From: an uncultured bacterium
GTDB lineage: Bacteria; Auribacterota; JACPWU01
Assembly: GCA_964640155.1 (NCBI GenBank)
Contig: CAZXEQ010000003.1
Span: 44,189 to 76,188 of the forward strand
Reading direction: 5' to 3'
DNA: 32,000 nucleotides
A program made the position numbers and the translations under genes. Shown here piece by piece: positions 8,477 through 17,317 of the stretch. Position 1 is the stretch's first letter, and the number at the start of each line of letters is the position of its first letter. Under the pieces are notes generated by a model. It made no database searches and was not told the origin of the DNA. It saw only the letters and a list, made by a program, of their open reading frames with translations.

Positions 8477-9040
8477 GTGGCTTCAGTACATTCAGTTTAT
8501 TATGCTTTAAATAAACCTAAGGGTGTTTGGACAGATTTAAAAGTCCAAGGGGATAAACCGACTGTCTGCGACTTTCTTCCGGGGGATAAGAATAATATTA
8601 TTCCTGTAGGTGTTTTAGATTCTCAAGCGGAAGGATTAGTCTTTTTGACCAGTGATTCTCATTTTCTGAATCATGTTTTGGATGCAGGATCTAAAGTCGA
8701 ACATATTTATGAGGCCGTTTTATCGAGACCTTTAAAATTCAATGAAGTGGCTTTAATTCAAAAAGGTTTTTCAAGGGAGGGTATAAAGCTTTACCCCTCG
8801 GAGGTTCTCAAACAAAAAGAAACACGTACATCTTTTTGTGTTACTTTTAAGATTTATGAGGGGCCTCATACAAACTTTAAAACAGTTTTAGAAGGATTTG
8901 GGTTAGAGGTCCTAGGTTTACAATCTCTTTCAATTGGACCTGTTAAATTAGGAATGCTCCCTCTAGGACGTCTTAGGCCTTTAACCTCGCGTGAAATTCT
9001 TTTTTTTATGCCGAATATTCCATCTTATTCAAATCAATGA
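8477..9040 (+). CDS. Pseudouridine synthase, RsuA/RluE family, without an S4 domain
   Basis: YYALNKPKGV and GVLDSQAEGLVFLTSDS (catalytic Asp loop; the canonical form is GRLD). AGGAGG at 8466-8471 favours GTG 8477 as the start. The longer track ORF (8408) would overlap the small basic protein gene. Confidence 0.8.
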   Translation: MASVHSVYYALNKPKGVWTDLKVQGDKPTVCDFLPGDKNNIIPVGVLDSQAEGLVFLTSDSHFLNHVLDAGSKVEHIYEAVLSRPLKFNEVALIQKGFSREGIKLYPSEVLKQKETRTSFCVTFKIYEGPHTNFKTVLEGFGLEVLGLQSLSIGPVKLGMLPLGRLRPLTSREILFFMPNIPSYSNQ

Positions 9041-9072
9041 ATGAGTTGACCTGTAAACTTAGGAAATAATAG

Positions 9073-10239
9073 ATGAAAACAACTCAAAAAATCTTTGTCT
9101 TCTTTCTTTTTTGCTGTATCCATGGTGTTTTGCTGGTTGTGGGGGAAGATGGAACTTCTTCTCAACCCACCACAGCTTCTTCTGAACTTAAATTCCCATT
9201 TGTCGGAAAAATTAAGGGACGTCATATTAATGTTCGCAGTGGTGGGAATATTAATTATGAGATTTTAGTTAAGCTTGAGGAAGGAGATGAAGTGGTTGCT
9301 CTACAAGAGGCTTCAGATTGGTATGAGATTTTACCTCCAGAGGGGTGTTCTTTTTGGGTGCATCAGTCTTTTATCAAAGAAAATCAAGCAACGACTGATT
9401 CAGTGAATGTTCGTGTTCGCCCGAGTCTTGAAAGTACGGTCAATTGTCAATTAAATCAGGGGGAAGTGATAGATCCTATTTTGCAAGAGGGAGAATGGAT
9501 AAAAATAAAACCTCCTGCCTCTGCGAGAGCTTGGGTAAGTGGGACTTTTGTTGTATTTGATAGGTCTTATGAGAAACCACCCATTGTTGATACTCTCCCA
9601 GAAAAATCAAATCCAGTGAATTCTGTTTTGGATACCTCAGTTTCCAAAAAAGAAGTTGTTCCACCTATTGTAAAAATTTCAAAAGAGCAAGCGTTTCAAT
9701 TGGCGGAAAATTTTGAAAGAGAAGAGTTTTTTAAACCCGTGGATCAGATTCAGTTTAAATTAATCACTGAAAAGTATGAAAAATTAATCAGTGATTTTCC
9801 TGAAGACGCTGAATTAAAATTGAGGGTGCAAAAAAAATTGGAAGACATTCAGGCGAAACAGACAAATATTACTGAAGGTTCTAAAAAAGGAGAATTGCCT
9901 AAGCAAGAAAGTTCACAGATAGGAACAGCATCTTCAACCGTAAGCGATCAGTCTTCAGGCATTGTTTCAGAAGTTTCCACAGCAGTAAAACCTTCTGTGT
10001 CGATTAGGCAACCCAAGGTTCTTTCTCATCGTGTTTTTGAAGGACGCTTGGAACCAGATGGGTTTTTTAAGAGCAAAAATTACAAGCTGATTCATGATCA
10101 CAAAAGAATTTGTTTTATATCGGAAGGAACAATCCCTTTACGCCAATATATTCATCAAGAAGTAAAAATTTCAGGCCCTGTTGTTGCATCTCGTTCACGT
10201 GTTCCTGTATTACGGGCGGAGAAAATAGAAAAACAGTAG
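9073..10239 (+). CDS. Secreted protein with two bacterial SH3 (SH3b) domains and an uncharacterised C-terminal part
   Basis: Signal peptide FVFFLFCCIHGVLLVVG. Two SH3_3-like blocks (INVRSGGNINYEILVKLEEGDEVVALQEASDWYEI and VNVRVRPSLESTVNCQLNQGEVIDPILQEGEWIKI). A low-complexity Ser/Thr linker follows. Confidence 0.75.
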   Translation: MKTTQKIFVFFLFCCIHGVLLVVGEDGTSSQPTTASSELKFPFVGKIKGRHINVRSGGNINYEILVKLEEGDEVVALQEASDWYEILPPEGCSFWVHQSFIKENQATTDSVNVRVRPSLESTVNCQLNQGEVIDPILQEGEWIKIKPPASARAWVSGTFVVFDRSYEKPPIVDTLPEKSNPVNSVLDTSVSKKEVVPPIVKISKEQAFQLAENFEREEFFKPVDQIQFKLITEKYEKLISDFPEDAELKLRVQKKLEDIQAKQTNITEGSKKGELPKQESSQIGTASSTVSDQSSGIVSEVSTAVKPSVSIRQPKVLSHRVFEGRLEPDGFFKSKNYKLIHDHKRICFISEGTIPLRQYIHQEVKISGPVVASRSRVPVLRAEKIEKQ

Positions 10240-10291
10240 TAGTGTGGTTTTTAATTCTTAAGACTCATGAATTATAAAGTAGGTTTTTAAA

Positions 10292-11182
10292 ATGTCATAT
10301 GTGCTTTTAGATGGAAAAAAAGTTTCTGAAGAGATTAAAAAAGAACTTAAAAACGAAGTCCATGATTTTCATAAACATCATGGTTTTCGTCCAGGGCTTG
10401 CTTTTGTTTTGGTAGGGGATCATCCTGCTTCTAAAGTTTATGTGCGATCAAAAGTAAAATCCTGTCAGGAGATTGGAATTTTCTCTGAAGAATTGGTTCT
10501 GGGCAGAGACGTTAGCCAGGAGGATTTATTAGCTCATATTCATAGGCTCAATGATCGCAAGGATATTCATGGCATTATTGTTCAGCATCCCTTACCTGCA
10601 TCATTAAATGAGAGTATTGTTTATGAAACAATTTCCTCTGAAAAAGACGTAGATGGTTTTCACCCTTTTAATATGGGGAGGTTGCTTTTGGGAATTCCCC
10701 AGTTTATTCCGTGTACACCCTTAGGTGTTGTAGAAATGTTGCGTCGATATAAAATTAAAACTTCTGGAGCTCATGTAGTCGTTGTAGGACGATCTAATAT
10801 TGTTGGGAAACCTGCAGCAGCCCTATTTTTTCAAAAAGGAATGGATGCCAATGCAACGGTGACAATATGTCATTCTTCGACCAAAGATTTAGCAAAGCAC
10901 ACACAAGATGCGGATATTCTTATCGCAGCAATTGGACAAGCCCACTTTATTAAAGAAGATATGGTAAAAAAGGGGGTTGTTGTCATTGATGTTGGAATTA
11001 ATCGAGTAGAAGACACAGCTCAGCCCAAAGGTTACAAAATCGTAGGTGATGTTGATTTTGAGAAAGTTGCTCCTAAAGCCAGTGCCATTACACCTGTTCC
11101 AGGTGGGATCGGGTTGATGACCGTTGTCATGCTTTTGAAAAACACATTAAAAGCCGCACAGTTGGTAGCAGGTGAGAATTAA
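10292..11182 (+). CDS. folD: Bifunctional methylenetetrahydrofolate dehydrogenase/methenyl-THF cyclohydrolase
   Basis: Full-length match to the FolD pattern: LDGKKVSEEIK, GLAFVLVGDHPASKVYVRSK, DVDGFHPFNMGRL, VVVGRSNIVGKP, ITPVPGGIGLMTV. Confidence 0.97.
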   Translation: MSYVLLDGKKVSEEIKKELKNEVHDFHKHHGFRPGLAFVLVGDHPASKVYVRSKVKSCQEIGIFSEELVLGRDVSQEDLLAHIHRLNDRKDIHGIIVQHPLPASLNESIVYETISSEKDVDGFHPFNMGRLLLGIPQFIPCTPLGVVEMLRRYKIKTSGAHVVVVGRSNIVGKPAAALFFQKGMDANATVTICHSSTKDLAKHTQDADILIAAIGQAHFIKEDMVKKGVVVIDVGINRVEDTAQPKGYKIVGDVDFEKVAPKASAITPVPGGIGLMTVVMLLKNTLKAAQLVAGEN

Positions 11183-11248
11183 GGTTTTTTAAGTTGAAAT
11201 CGTTTTAAAGCAAAGTATATACTCGTGCGAATGAATGGGGGAGCAATC

Positions 11249-12214
11249 ATGAAAATAGATCATATTGAAGAAAAAAATGGCGTTTTGAATAGGGAGATTG
11301 CTTCGATGTCTGATATATCTGCAAATTCTGAAACAATACTTGAAAGAGATCAACAAAGAGTTGAAGACGCCAAGTTTTATATGGGCCAAAAAAGTTGGTC
11401 TCAGGATCAGGCTCAAAAAGAACTTCCAAAAGCCTATGGCGAAACACGTATTGTATTAATGATTGTAGATTCATGGTGGGCTTTCACTTATTGGGAAATT
11501 ACTGAAAAGAGAATTCAAGAAGGATTACAGACTTTAGGTTGTTCGTTAGATCAGACAAAAAGTATTATTCGTGTTTATGATGTGACAGGGACAGAGGGGA
11601 CAGATCGCTCCCAGCATTGTTTTGACGTTGAGCTTTCTGGAGGAGTTACCAATTGGTATTTACATTTGAATGGACCTGATCGCTCTTTTTTTATTGAAAT
11701 TGGTCTTTTGACTCAAAATGGTCGATTTTTTTCTCTTGCTCGTTCAAATATGATTACCATGCCTCGGGCTGGAATGTCAGAAGTTGTAGATGAGCGTTGG
11801 ATGAGTGTCGAGTTTGAGAAAATGTATGCTCTTTCGGGAGGTTTTCGTGTGGGAGCTGGTTCTCTTGAGTTAAGAGAGATGATGGAAAAGTGTTTTAAAG
11901 AAGCCGCTTTTTCTGGTTCTGTCTCAAGTTTTGGTGGAAGTCCTGTTGGCCAGAAAGAGAAGGCTCGCTCTTTTTGGTTTACTTTGGATGCAGAATTGAT
12001 CATCTATGGTGCAACTGAGCCAAATGCCCAGGTCACTGTGAGTGGACATCCCATACAACTTCGTCCTGATGGTACTTTTACTTTACGATATGCTTTGCCC
12101 GATGGAAACTTTCCTATTCCGGTAACAGCAAAGTCTAGTGATGGAAAAGAAGAACGTACGATCACGCCTGTTGTGGAGAGGATGACACAAGTTTCCCAAC
12201 CGATTTTAAAATAG
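11249..12214 (+). CDS. DUF4912-domain protein (the usual neighbour of GH57 branching enzymes)
   Basis: ATG 11249 is preceded by GGGGGA with a 6-nt spacer. The block RIVLMIVDSWWAFTYWEI...IRVYDVTG and the position directly upstream of a GH57 gene fit DUF4912 as I recall it. Confidence 0.65.
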   Translation: MKIDHIEEKNGVLNREIASMSDISANSETILERDQQRVEDAKFYMGQKSWSQDQAQKELPKAYGETRIVLMIVDSWWAFTYWEITEKRIQEGLQTLGCSLDQTKSIIRVYDVTGTEGTDRSQHCFDVELSGGVTNWYLHLNGPDRSFFIEIGLLTQNGRFFSLARSNMITMPRAGMSEVVDERWMSVEFEKMYALSGGFRVGAGSLELREMMEKCFKEAAFSGSVSSFGGSPVGQKEKARSFWFTLDAELIIYGATEPNAQVTVSGHPIQLRPDGTFTLRYALPDGNFPIPVTAKSSDGKEERTITPVVERMTQVSQPILK

Positions 12215-12218
12215 AGTT

Positions 12219-12371
12219 GAGACCTCTGAAAAAGACCCATCTGCTACGTTACCCGCTGCACTTCTTTGTGCGGCGTACCATCAACGTACGCCTCCGCAGT
12301 CGTTTGGCGGGGGCCTTGCATCCCCTAAAGGGGACTATAAAGGCATGTCTGGGACCTTTTTGAGAAGTCTC
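12219..12371 (+). repeat. 153-bp GC-rich structured element bounded by ~21-bp imperfect inverted repeats (MITE-like or intercistronic RNA)
   Basis: Left arm gagacctctgaaaaagaccca (12219-12239) against right arm tgggacctttttgagaagtctc (12350-12371). Internal hairpins: cgctgcac/gtgcggcg, ggcgtac/gtacgcc (7 bp perfect), cctccgc/gcggggg, and tcccc-taaa-gggga. Two of these stems contain U-G pairs only when read on the + strand. Confidence 0.4.
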
Positions 12372-12425
12372 TAGAAATAAGGGTTTTTCAGAGTTAACTC
12401 TTAGCCCTTTTTTAAAGGAAAATTT

Positions 12426-14015
12426 ATGGAAAAAGGTTATTTAGCTCTCGTATTACACGCCCATTTGCCTTTCGTACGTCATCCAGAATATGAGTATTTC
12501 TTAGAAGAAAGTTGGCTGTATGAGGCCATTACTGAAACGTATATTCCTTTGATTGATGTTTTTAATGGATTGGTTAGGGATGGTGTAGATTTTAGAGTTA
12601 CGATGACTCTTTCTCCCTCTCTTGTCGCGATGTTGGCAGATCCTTTACTTCAATATCGGTATCTTCGACATATTCAAAAATTAATTGAACTCAGTCATAA
12701 AGAAGTTGAACGCACAAGATTCCAGCCTGAGTTTCATGAACTAGCTCTGATGTATTATTCAAAGTTTAATCGAGCCAGAGAAGTTTTTGCCAATCAATAC
12801 AACAGTAATATTTTACAGGCATTTAAGAACTTGCAAGATATTGGTAAGCTTGAAATCGTAACTTGTGGTGCTACTCATGGTTTTCTTCCTCTGATGGCTG
12901 TCAGTTCAAATGGGATGAAGTCTATTCGTGGCCAAGTCAAAATTGCAGTGGATCAGTATGAAAAACATTTTGGACGCAGACCCCGAGGTATTTGGCTTCC
13001 TGAATGTGGATATGCTCCAGGTATTGATGAGATTTTAAGAGAAGCAGGAATCAAATTTTTCTTCACCGAGAATCATGGCGTTCTTCATGCATCTCCTCGT
13101 CCTAAATATGGTGTTTTTGCACCTATTTATTGTCCTTCTGGAGTTGCGGCATTTGCTCGAGATTTGGAATCTTCAAAACAAGTGTGGAGTGCAGTAGAAG
13201 GTTATCCTGGAGATACAGATTATCGAGATTTTTATCGAGATATTGGTTTTGATTTAGATTTTGAATACATTCGACCTTATATTTCTCCAGATGGCAAAAG
13301 GGTTCATACAGGAATTAAATATTATAAAATTACAGGAACTACAACAGATAAAAAACCCTATGTTCAATCCCAAGCCATGGAAAAAGCAGCAAGCCATGCG
13401 GGTAATTTCATGTTCAATCGTGAAAAACAAATTGATCATTTGTCAAACATGATGGACCGTAAACCCATTATTTTAGCTCCTTATGATGCGGAACTTTTTG
13501 GTCATTGGTGGTATGAGGGCCCTGAATGGATTAACTTCCTCTTTAGAAAGATTTATTACGATCAAAAGACGATTAAACTTATTCAACCCATGGAGTATTT
13601 GGAAAGCTATCCAACCAATCAAGTAGCAACACCTTCTATGTCAACTTGGGGATATAAGGGATTTAATGAAGTTTGGTTGAACAGTTCTAATGACTGGGTT
13701 TATCGACATTTGCATAAGGCTGCTGATCAAATGGTAGAATTGGCTAACCGGTATCCCGTGTCGGATGGCTTGTTGGGTCGAGCGCTTCGCCAAGCTGCTC
13801 GGGAATTACTCTTGGCACAATCCAGTGATTGGGCGTTTATACTAAAAACAGGTACCATGGTAGAATATGCAGTTAAAAGAACCAAAGAACATGTCTTACG
13901 CTTTAATGAACTTTATCGTCAGATTACAGAGAATCGGGTGAATGAGGCGTTCTTAAGTGAAATCGAAGCAAAGGATAATCTTTTCCCTGAATTGGACTAT
14001 CGAGTATATTCTTAA
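12426..14015 (+). CDS. GH57-family 1,4-alpha-glucan branching enzyme (with DUF1957-type C-terminal domain)
   Basis: GYLALVLHAHLPFVRHPEYEYFLEESWLYEAITETYIPL, GIWLPECGY and PYDAELFGHWWYEGPEW are characteristic GH57 branching-enzyme blocks. Confidence 0.9.
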   Translation: MEKGYLALVLHAHLPFVRHPEYEYFLEESWLYEAITETYIPLIDVFNGLVRDGVDFRVTMTLSPSLVAMLADPLLQYRYLRHIQKLIELSHKEVERTRFQPEFHELALMYYSKFNRAREVFANQYNSNILQAFKNLQDIGKLEIVTCGATHGFLPLMAVSSNGMKSIRGQVKIAVDQYEKHFGRRPRGIWLPECGYAPGIDEILREAGIKFFFTENHGVLHASPRPKYGVFAPIYCPSGVAAFARDLESSKQVWSAVEGYPGDTDYRDFYRDIGFDLDFEYIRPYISPDGKRVHTGIKYYKITGTTTDKKPYVQSQAMEKAASHAGNFMFNREKQIDHLSNMMDRKPIILAPYDAELFGHWWYEGPEWINFLFRKIYYDQKTIKLIQPMEYLESYPTNQVATPSMSTWGYKGFNEVWLNSSNDWVYRHLHKAADQMVELANRYPVSDGLLGRALRQAARELLLAQSSDWAFILKTGTMVEYAVKRTKEHVLRFNELYRQITENRVNEAFLSEIEAKDNLFPELDYRVYS

Positions 14016-14073
14016 AAATAAGTCGTCGGTTGTCAGACGTCAGTTAGTAGATACCACATTTGCTGTAAGTTAA

Positions 14074-14108
14074 ACTTACCACTTAAGACTTAAAACTTAG
14101 AACTAATA
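14074..14108 (+). repeat. Five tandem imperfect heptamers (ACTTARR) running into the start codon of the phosphatase gene
   Basis: acttacc acttaag acttaaa acttaga actaata, occupying 14074-14108. The last base is the A of ATG 14108. A perfect 6-bp hairpin gtaagt-taa-acttac at 14065-14079 overlaps the first unit. No Shine-Dalgarno sequence is present. Confidence 0.6.
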
Positions 14109-15625
14109 TGGCCCTATCATTTGTCCTTCTTTCAATTGCTATCAAAAAAAATTTTTCTCGCCTTTTCCCTTCCTTTTTATGGTTTCGAAAACAATGTGAA
14201 TTATGGGGACGTTTCCTTGAAATAGAATACTTTCCAAAAGCCAGGGCTGAAGGATATGAAGAGGTGGAGTGGGAGGTCGATGCTCTTCAGCAAACTCTCA
14301 AAGCCAGTTATGGCCCAGAGAGTTCTCAAGAACCTAAAATAGATTTGATGATTCAATTTTTAGTTTCTACGGGTTTACGTAAAATCCGTATGGATGCCCG
14401 TTTAGAATCTAATCAAGTTGAAGATGTTTTTATTGCGCTCTACACCTTACAAACTTTGCTGGTTCATGGACGCAAAAGAAAGAGAAGGGCGAAAGCTCTT
14501 TTCTCAGAAGATGGGCTTAAAATGTATTGTGCCCAGGTGAACATTTTTGAAGCGACGAGAACATTAACCATCAAATATAGTTATTGTCAGCTTCTATTTT
14601 CCAGAGCGGTAACTGCATTCAAAAGAAAGAGTAAGATCTTTAAAGACCATCGTTCTTTTTTCTATGCTGCTCCACGGTATGGTGCGGTAATTGGTCTTTC
14701 GGTAGTACTTTTTCCTCTAGGTTTACATCTTTTTTTCCCTGGATATGAAATTTTGATACTTGCCATTGTGGGTCTTTTTATTGGAATGCTGACGTATTTC
14801 CTTTTTCAGACTGTGGGATCTATTGAATATGACAAAGAAGAGCAAGCTGAAGAATTAAGAAGAGCGCATAGAACACTTCAAGAAAAACAGTGGCTTATTG
14901 ATCAAGATTTAGAAAAGGCTTCTCAGATTCAACAGAAAATTTTACCAGGTGAAATTTTTCAGTTTCAAAATATTGAAATTGCAGCACGTTTGAAACCCCA
15001 ATCTCGTGTAGGAGGGGACTTCTATGATGTATGGGAAACACGAGAAGGGGATGTGATTGTGATGCTTGTTGATTGTGTGGGACACGGGCTTTTTAGTGCG
15101 CTTATTGCAACGGCTATTGAATCTGTTTTCTTAAATATTCAAAAGGGGCCGGCTTTATCCCCCAATGAATTGATGGCTTCTGTTCGATTGGTTTTGGAGA
15201 GAATTCTTCCGATGGGATTTTTTGCTGCTGTTACATATTTACATTTAACGCCTCGACAGGGCAAAGGTATTGTTTTAAATGCAGGAAATCCTTTTCCACT
15301 TTTGATTCGTTCCAATGGAATAGAAGAGTGTTTAAGACGAGGCAATGCTGTGCCTTTGGGAATTCCATCTGCTCAAAATGATGATGAACCCTGGGAATTT
15401 TCATTAGGTGCAGGGGAAAAAATAGTACTTTATACCGATGGTATTATTGAAACAAAAAATATTCATGGTCTAGATTATACTGAAAAGCGCTTGAGAGATC
15501 TTCTGGTTGCCCATCAAAATTTAAAACCTGTAGAATTAAGAGATCTTATTTTTAAAGATCAAGAATCTTTCGCTGAAGGCCTTCCTTCTTCCGATGATCA
15601 GACGCTCGTGGTAGTTGGGGCGTAA
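14108..15625 (+). CDS. Membrane-anchored SpoIIE/PP2C-type serine phosphatase with an uncharacterised N-terminal domain
   Basis: C-terminal PPM blocks: RVGGDFYDVWE, VDCVGHG, LYTDGIIE, SDDQTLVVVG. Two central TM helices followed by a coiled-coil. The first ~180 aa match nothing I recognise. The start codon is uncertain because there is no Shine-Dalgarno sequence. Confidence 0.85.
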   Translation: MALSFVLLSIAIKKNFSRLFPSFLWFRKQCELWGRFLEIEYFPKARAEGYEEVEWEVDALQQTLKASYGPESSQEPKIDLMIQFLVSTGLRKIRMDARLESNQVEDVFIALYTLQTLLVHGRKRKRRAKALFSEDGLKMYCAQVNIFEATRTLTIKYSYCQLLFSRAVTAFKRKSKIFKDHRSFFYAAPRYGAVIGLSVVLFPLGLHLFFPGYEILILAIVGLFIGMLTYFLFQTVGSIEYDKEEQAEELRRAHRTLQEKQWLIDQDLEKASQIQQKILPGEIFQFQNIEIAARLKPQSRVGGDFYDVWETREGDVIVMLVDCVGHGLFSALIATAIESVFLNIQKGPALSPNELMASVRLVLERILPMGFFAAVTYLHLTPRQGKGIVLNAGNPFPLLIRSNGIEECLRRGNAVPLGIPSAQNDDEPWEFSLGAGEKIVLYTDGIIETKNIHGLDYTEKRLRDLLVAHQNLKPVELRDLIFKDQESFAEGLPSSDDQTLVVVGA

Positions 15626-16170
15626 TCTTGTTTTGCAATTTTATTTTTAAAAATCCTCTTTTCGATCTGCCAAAATAAAATAGCACAAAGTGTGCCGACG
15701 AGTGCTCCCCCTAAAACGTCCAGTGGATAATGAACTCCAGCTGCTATTCGAGATAGGCTTACAATGATGCTCACCGTAACAAGGAGTCCAACACGCTTAG
15801 GATAATAGATTGAGAGAAAGACTGAAATTGCAAAAATTCCCATAGTATGGGTTGATGGAAAGGAAAAAGAACGGGGGCAAGGAACAAGGTTTACAACTCC
15901 TGTTAAGGCGTTGCATGGGCGAGAGCGCTTAAATAAATCCTTTAAAATTTCATGATTTAAAAAGTCTACGGTAAACAGCAAAACACAGGTAAATAGAAAG
16001 ATTTTCCAACGATCTTTTCTTTTAGAAAGCCAGGTTGCGAGGCCGAGAATAACAACCCATAGCCAGTCTGGAGTTTCATGAACACTTATCGCAATGCTAT
16101 CCCAGAGGGTATGATGTAATGAGTTGATCGCATAAAAAATGCTTTGATCCCAGCGAAATAAAGTATCCAT
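15598..16170 (-). CDS. PAP2-family lipid phosphate phosphatase (membrane)
   Basis: The three PAP2 motifs: KDLFKRSRP, FPSTH, SRIAAGVHYPLDV. Multiple TM helices. Its 3' end overlaps the convergent phosphatase gene by 28 nt. Confidence 0.85.
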   Translation of the reverse strand: MDTLFRWDQSIFYAINSLHHTLWDSIAISVHETPDWLWVVILGLATWLSKRKDRWKIFLFTCVLLFTVDFLNHEILKDLFKRSRPCNALTGVVNLVPCPRSFSFPSTHTMGIFAISVFLSIYYPKRVGLLVTVSIIVSLSRIAAGVHYPLDVLGGALVGTLCAILFWQIEKRIFKNKIAKQDYAPTTTSV

Positions 16171-16177
16171 AGATTTC

Positions 16178-17254
16178 TCAAATTATGTCTTTAAAGAGAA
16201 GAAGTTGCAATGAGTCTTTTGGGTCAAAATTTGAAACAGATACGCCTAAAAGGCGTATCTGTTTCTGTCCTGCTTCGGTTTTAGGGAATAAGATTTCAAT
16301 GACGTTCATTAAATCATGTGCTTTTTGAACTGGAATCGAAACTGTTCGACTCCGAGTAATAAGTTTAAAATCATGATACTTTACCTTTAGAGTTACGGTG
16401 TGCGCTTTGATTTCATTAGAAAGAAGGCGTTCTGCAACGCTTTGACATAGCTCATGCAAAATTTCTCTCATGAAATCAATATCCAGAGTATCTCTTTCAA
16501 AGGTTGTTTCTTGTCCAATAGATTTATATTCTGAGCTTGCTTCTACAGGACGATCATCGACTCCTTGAGCTAATTTGTAATAAAAAAATCCAGATTTTCC
16601 AAATTCGTCCGCCATTTTTTTGAGAGATAATTTTCGAATATCGCCAATGGTTTGAATACCTAAGGATTTAAAGTGTTTTTCTGTTACTTCTCCGACGCCC
16701 CACATTTTTCCAATCGGTAGCGGTAAAATGAATTTTTTCGCCTCAGATGGTTTTACCACAGTTAATCCATTCGGTTTTTTGTAATCAGATGCTAATTTTG
16801 CAATAAATTTATTGGGGCCGATACCAGCAGAAGCGGTAAGTCCTGTCTTTTCAAAAATAGCTTGTTTGATCTCTTGGGCTAAATGAGTCACAGTCGTTTT
16901 TAGAAAGGGACTTTGGGTGACATCCAAATAGGCTTCATCTAAAGAAAGAGGTTCAACAAATTCTGTGTAATGGTGAAAGATTTCCATCATTTGATGAGAA
17001 ATTTCTTCATAACGTTCAAAATTGGGTTTTAGAAAAATAGCATTAGGAAGTATGCGATAAGCTTTTGAACAAGGCATTGCAGAATGAATTCCAAAGGCTC
17101 TTGCTTCATACGAGGCCGAAGAGACTACACCACGGCTTGTGGGGCTGCCGCCTACAATAACGGGTTTGCCTTTGAGCTCTGGATGATCGTTTTGCTCAAC
17201 GGAAGTATAAAAAGCATCCATATCGATGTGAATAATTGCACGGCTTTTTTTCAT
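16178..17254 (-). CDS. dinB: DNA polymerase IV (Y-family translesion polymerase)
   Basis: IIHIDMDAFYTSVEQ, KGKPVIVGG, SLDEAYLDV and GIGPNKFIAKLASD are canonical DinB blocks. Confidence 0.95.
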   Translation of the reverse strand: MKKSRAIIHIDMDAFYTSVEQNDHPELKGKPVIVGGSPTSRGVVSSASYEARAFGIHSAMPCSKAYRILPNAIFLKPNFERYEEISHQMMEIFHHYTEFVEPLSLDEAYLDVTQSPFLKTTVTHLAQEIKQAIFEKTGLTASAGIGPNKFIAKLASDYKKPNGLTVVKPSEAKKFILPLPIGKMWGVGEVTEKHFKSLGIQTIGDIRKLSLKKMADEFGKSGFFYYKLAQGVDDRPVEASSEYKSIGQETTFERDTLDIDFMREILHELCQSVAERLLSNEIKAHTVTLKVKYHDFKLITRSRTVSIPVQKAHDLMNVIEILFPKTEAGQKQIRLLGVSVSNFDPKDSLQLLLFKDII

Positions 17255-17317
17255 AATAATGACCGGCTGTATTTCGTGGACTTTAAACTCAATTCTGATT
17301 TATGATGAATAACCTTT

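Noticed and set aside
12219-12371. Possibility that the GC-rich islands (12219-12371, 18724-18905, 21743-21826) are tRNA, SRP RNA, RNase P RNA or tmRNA genes.
   Set aside because: None has a cloverleaf with a GTTCRA T-loop, the SRP GGAA/AGCA helix-8 motif, RNase P conserved regions or a tRNA-like CCA end. The three islands also share no convincing sequence with each other beyond short AT-rich words such as ctataa.
17255-17317. Possible SOS/LexA box upstream of dinB (ctgtatttcgtggac).
   Set aside because: It does not match CTGT-N8-ACAG or GAAC-N4-GTTC, and no lexA gene or second site is available in the window to support it.
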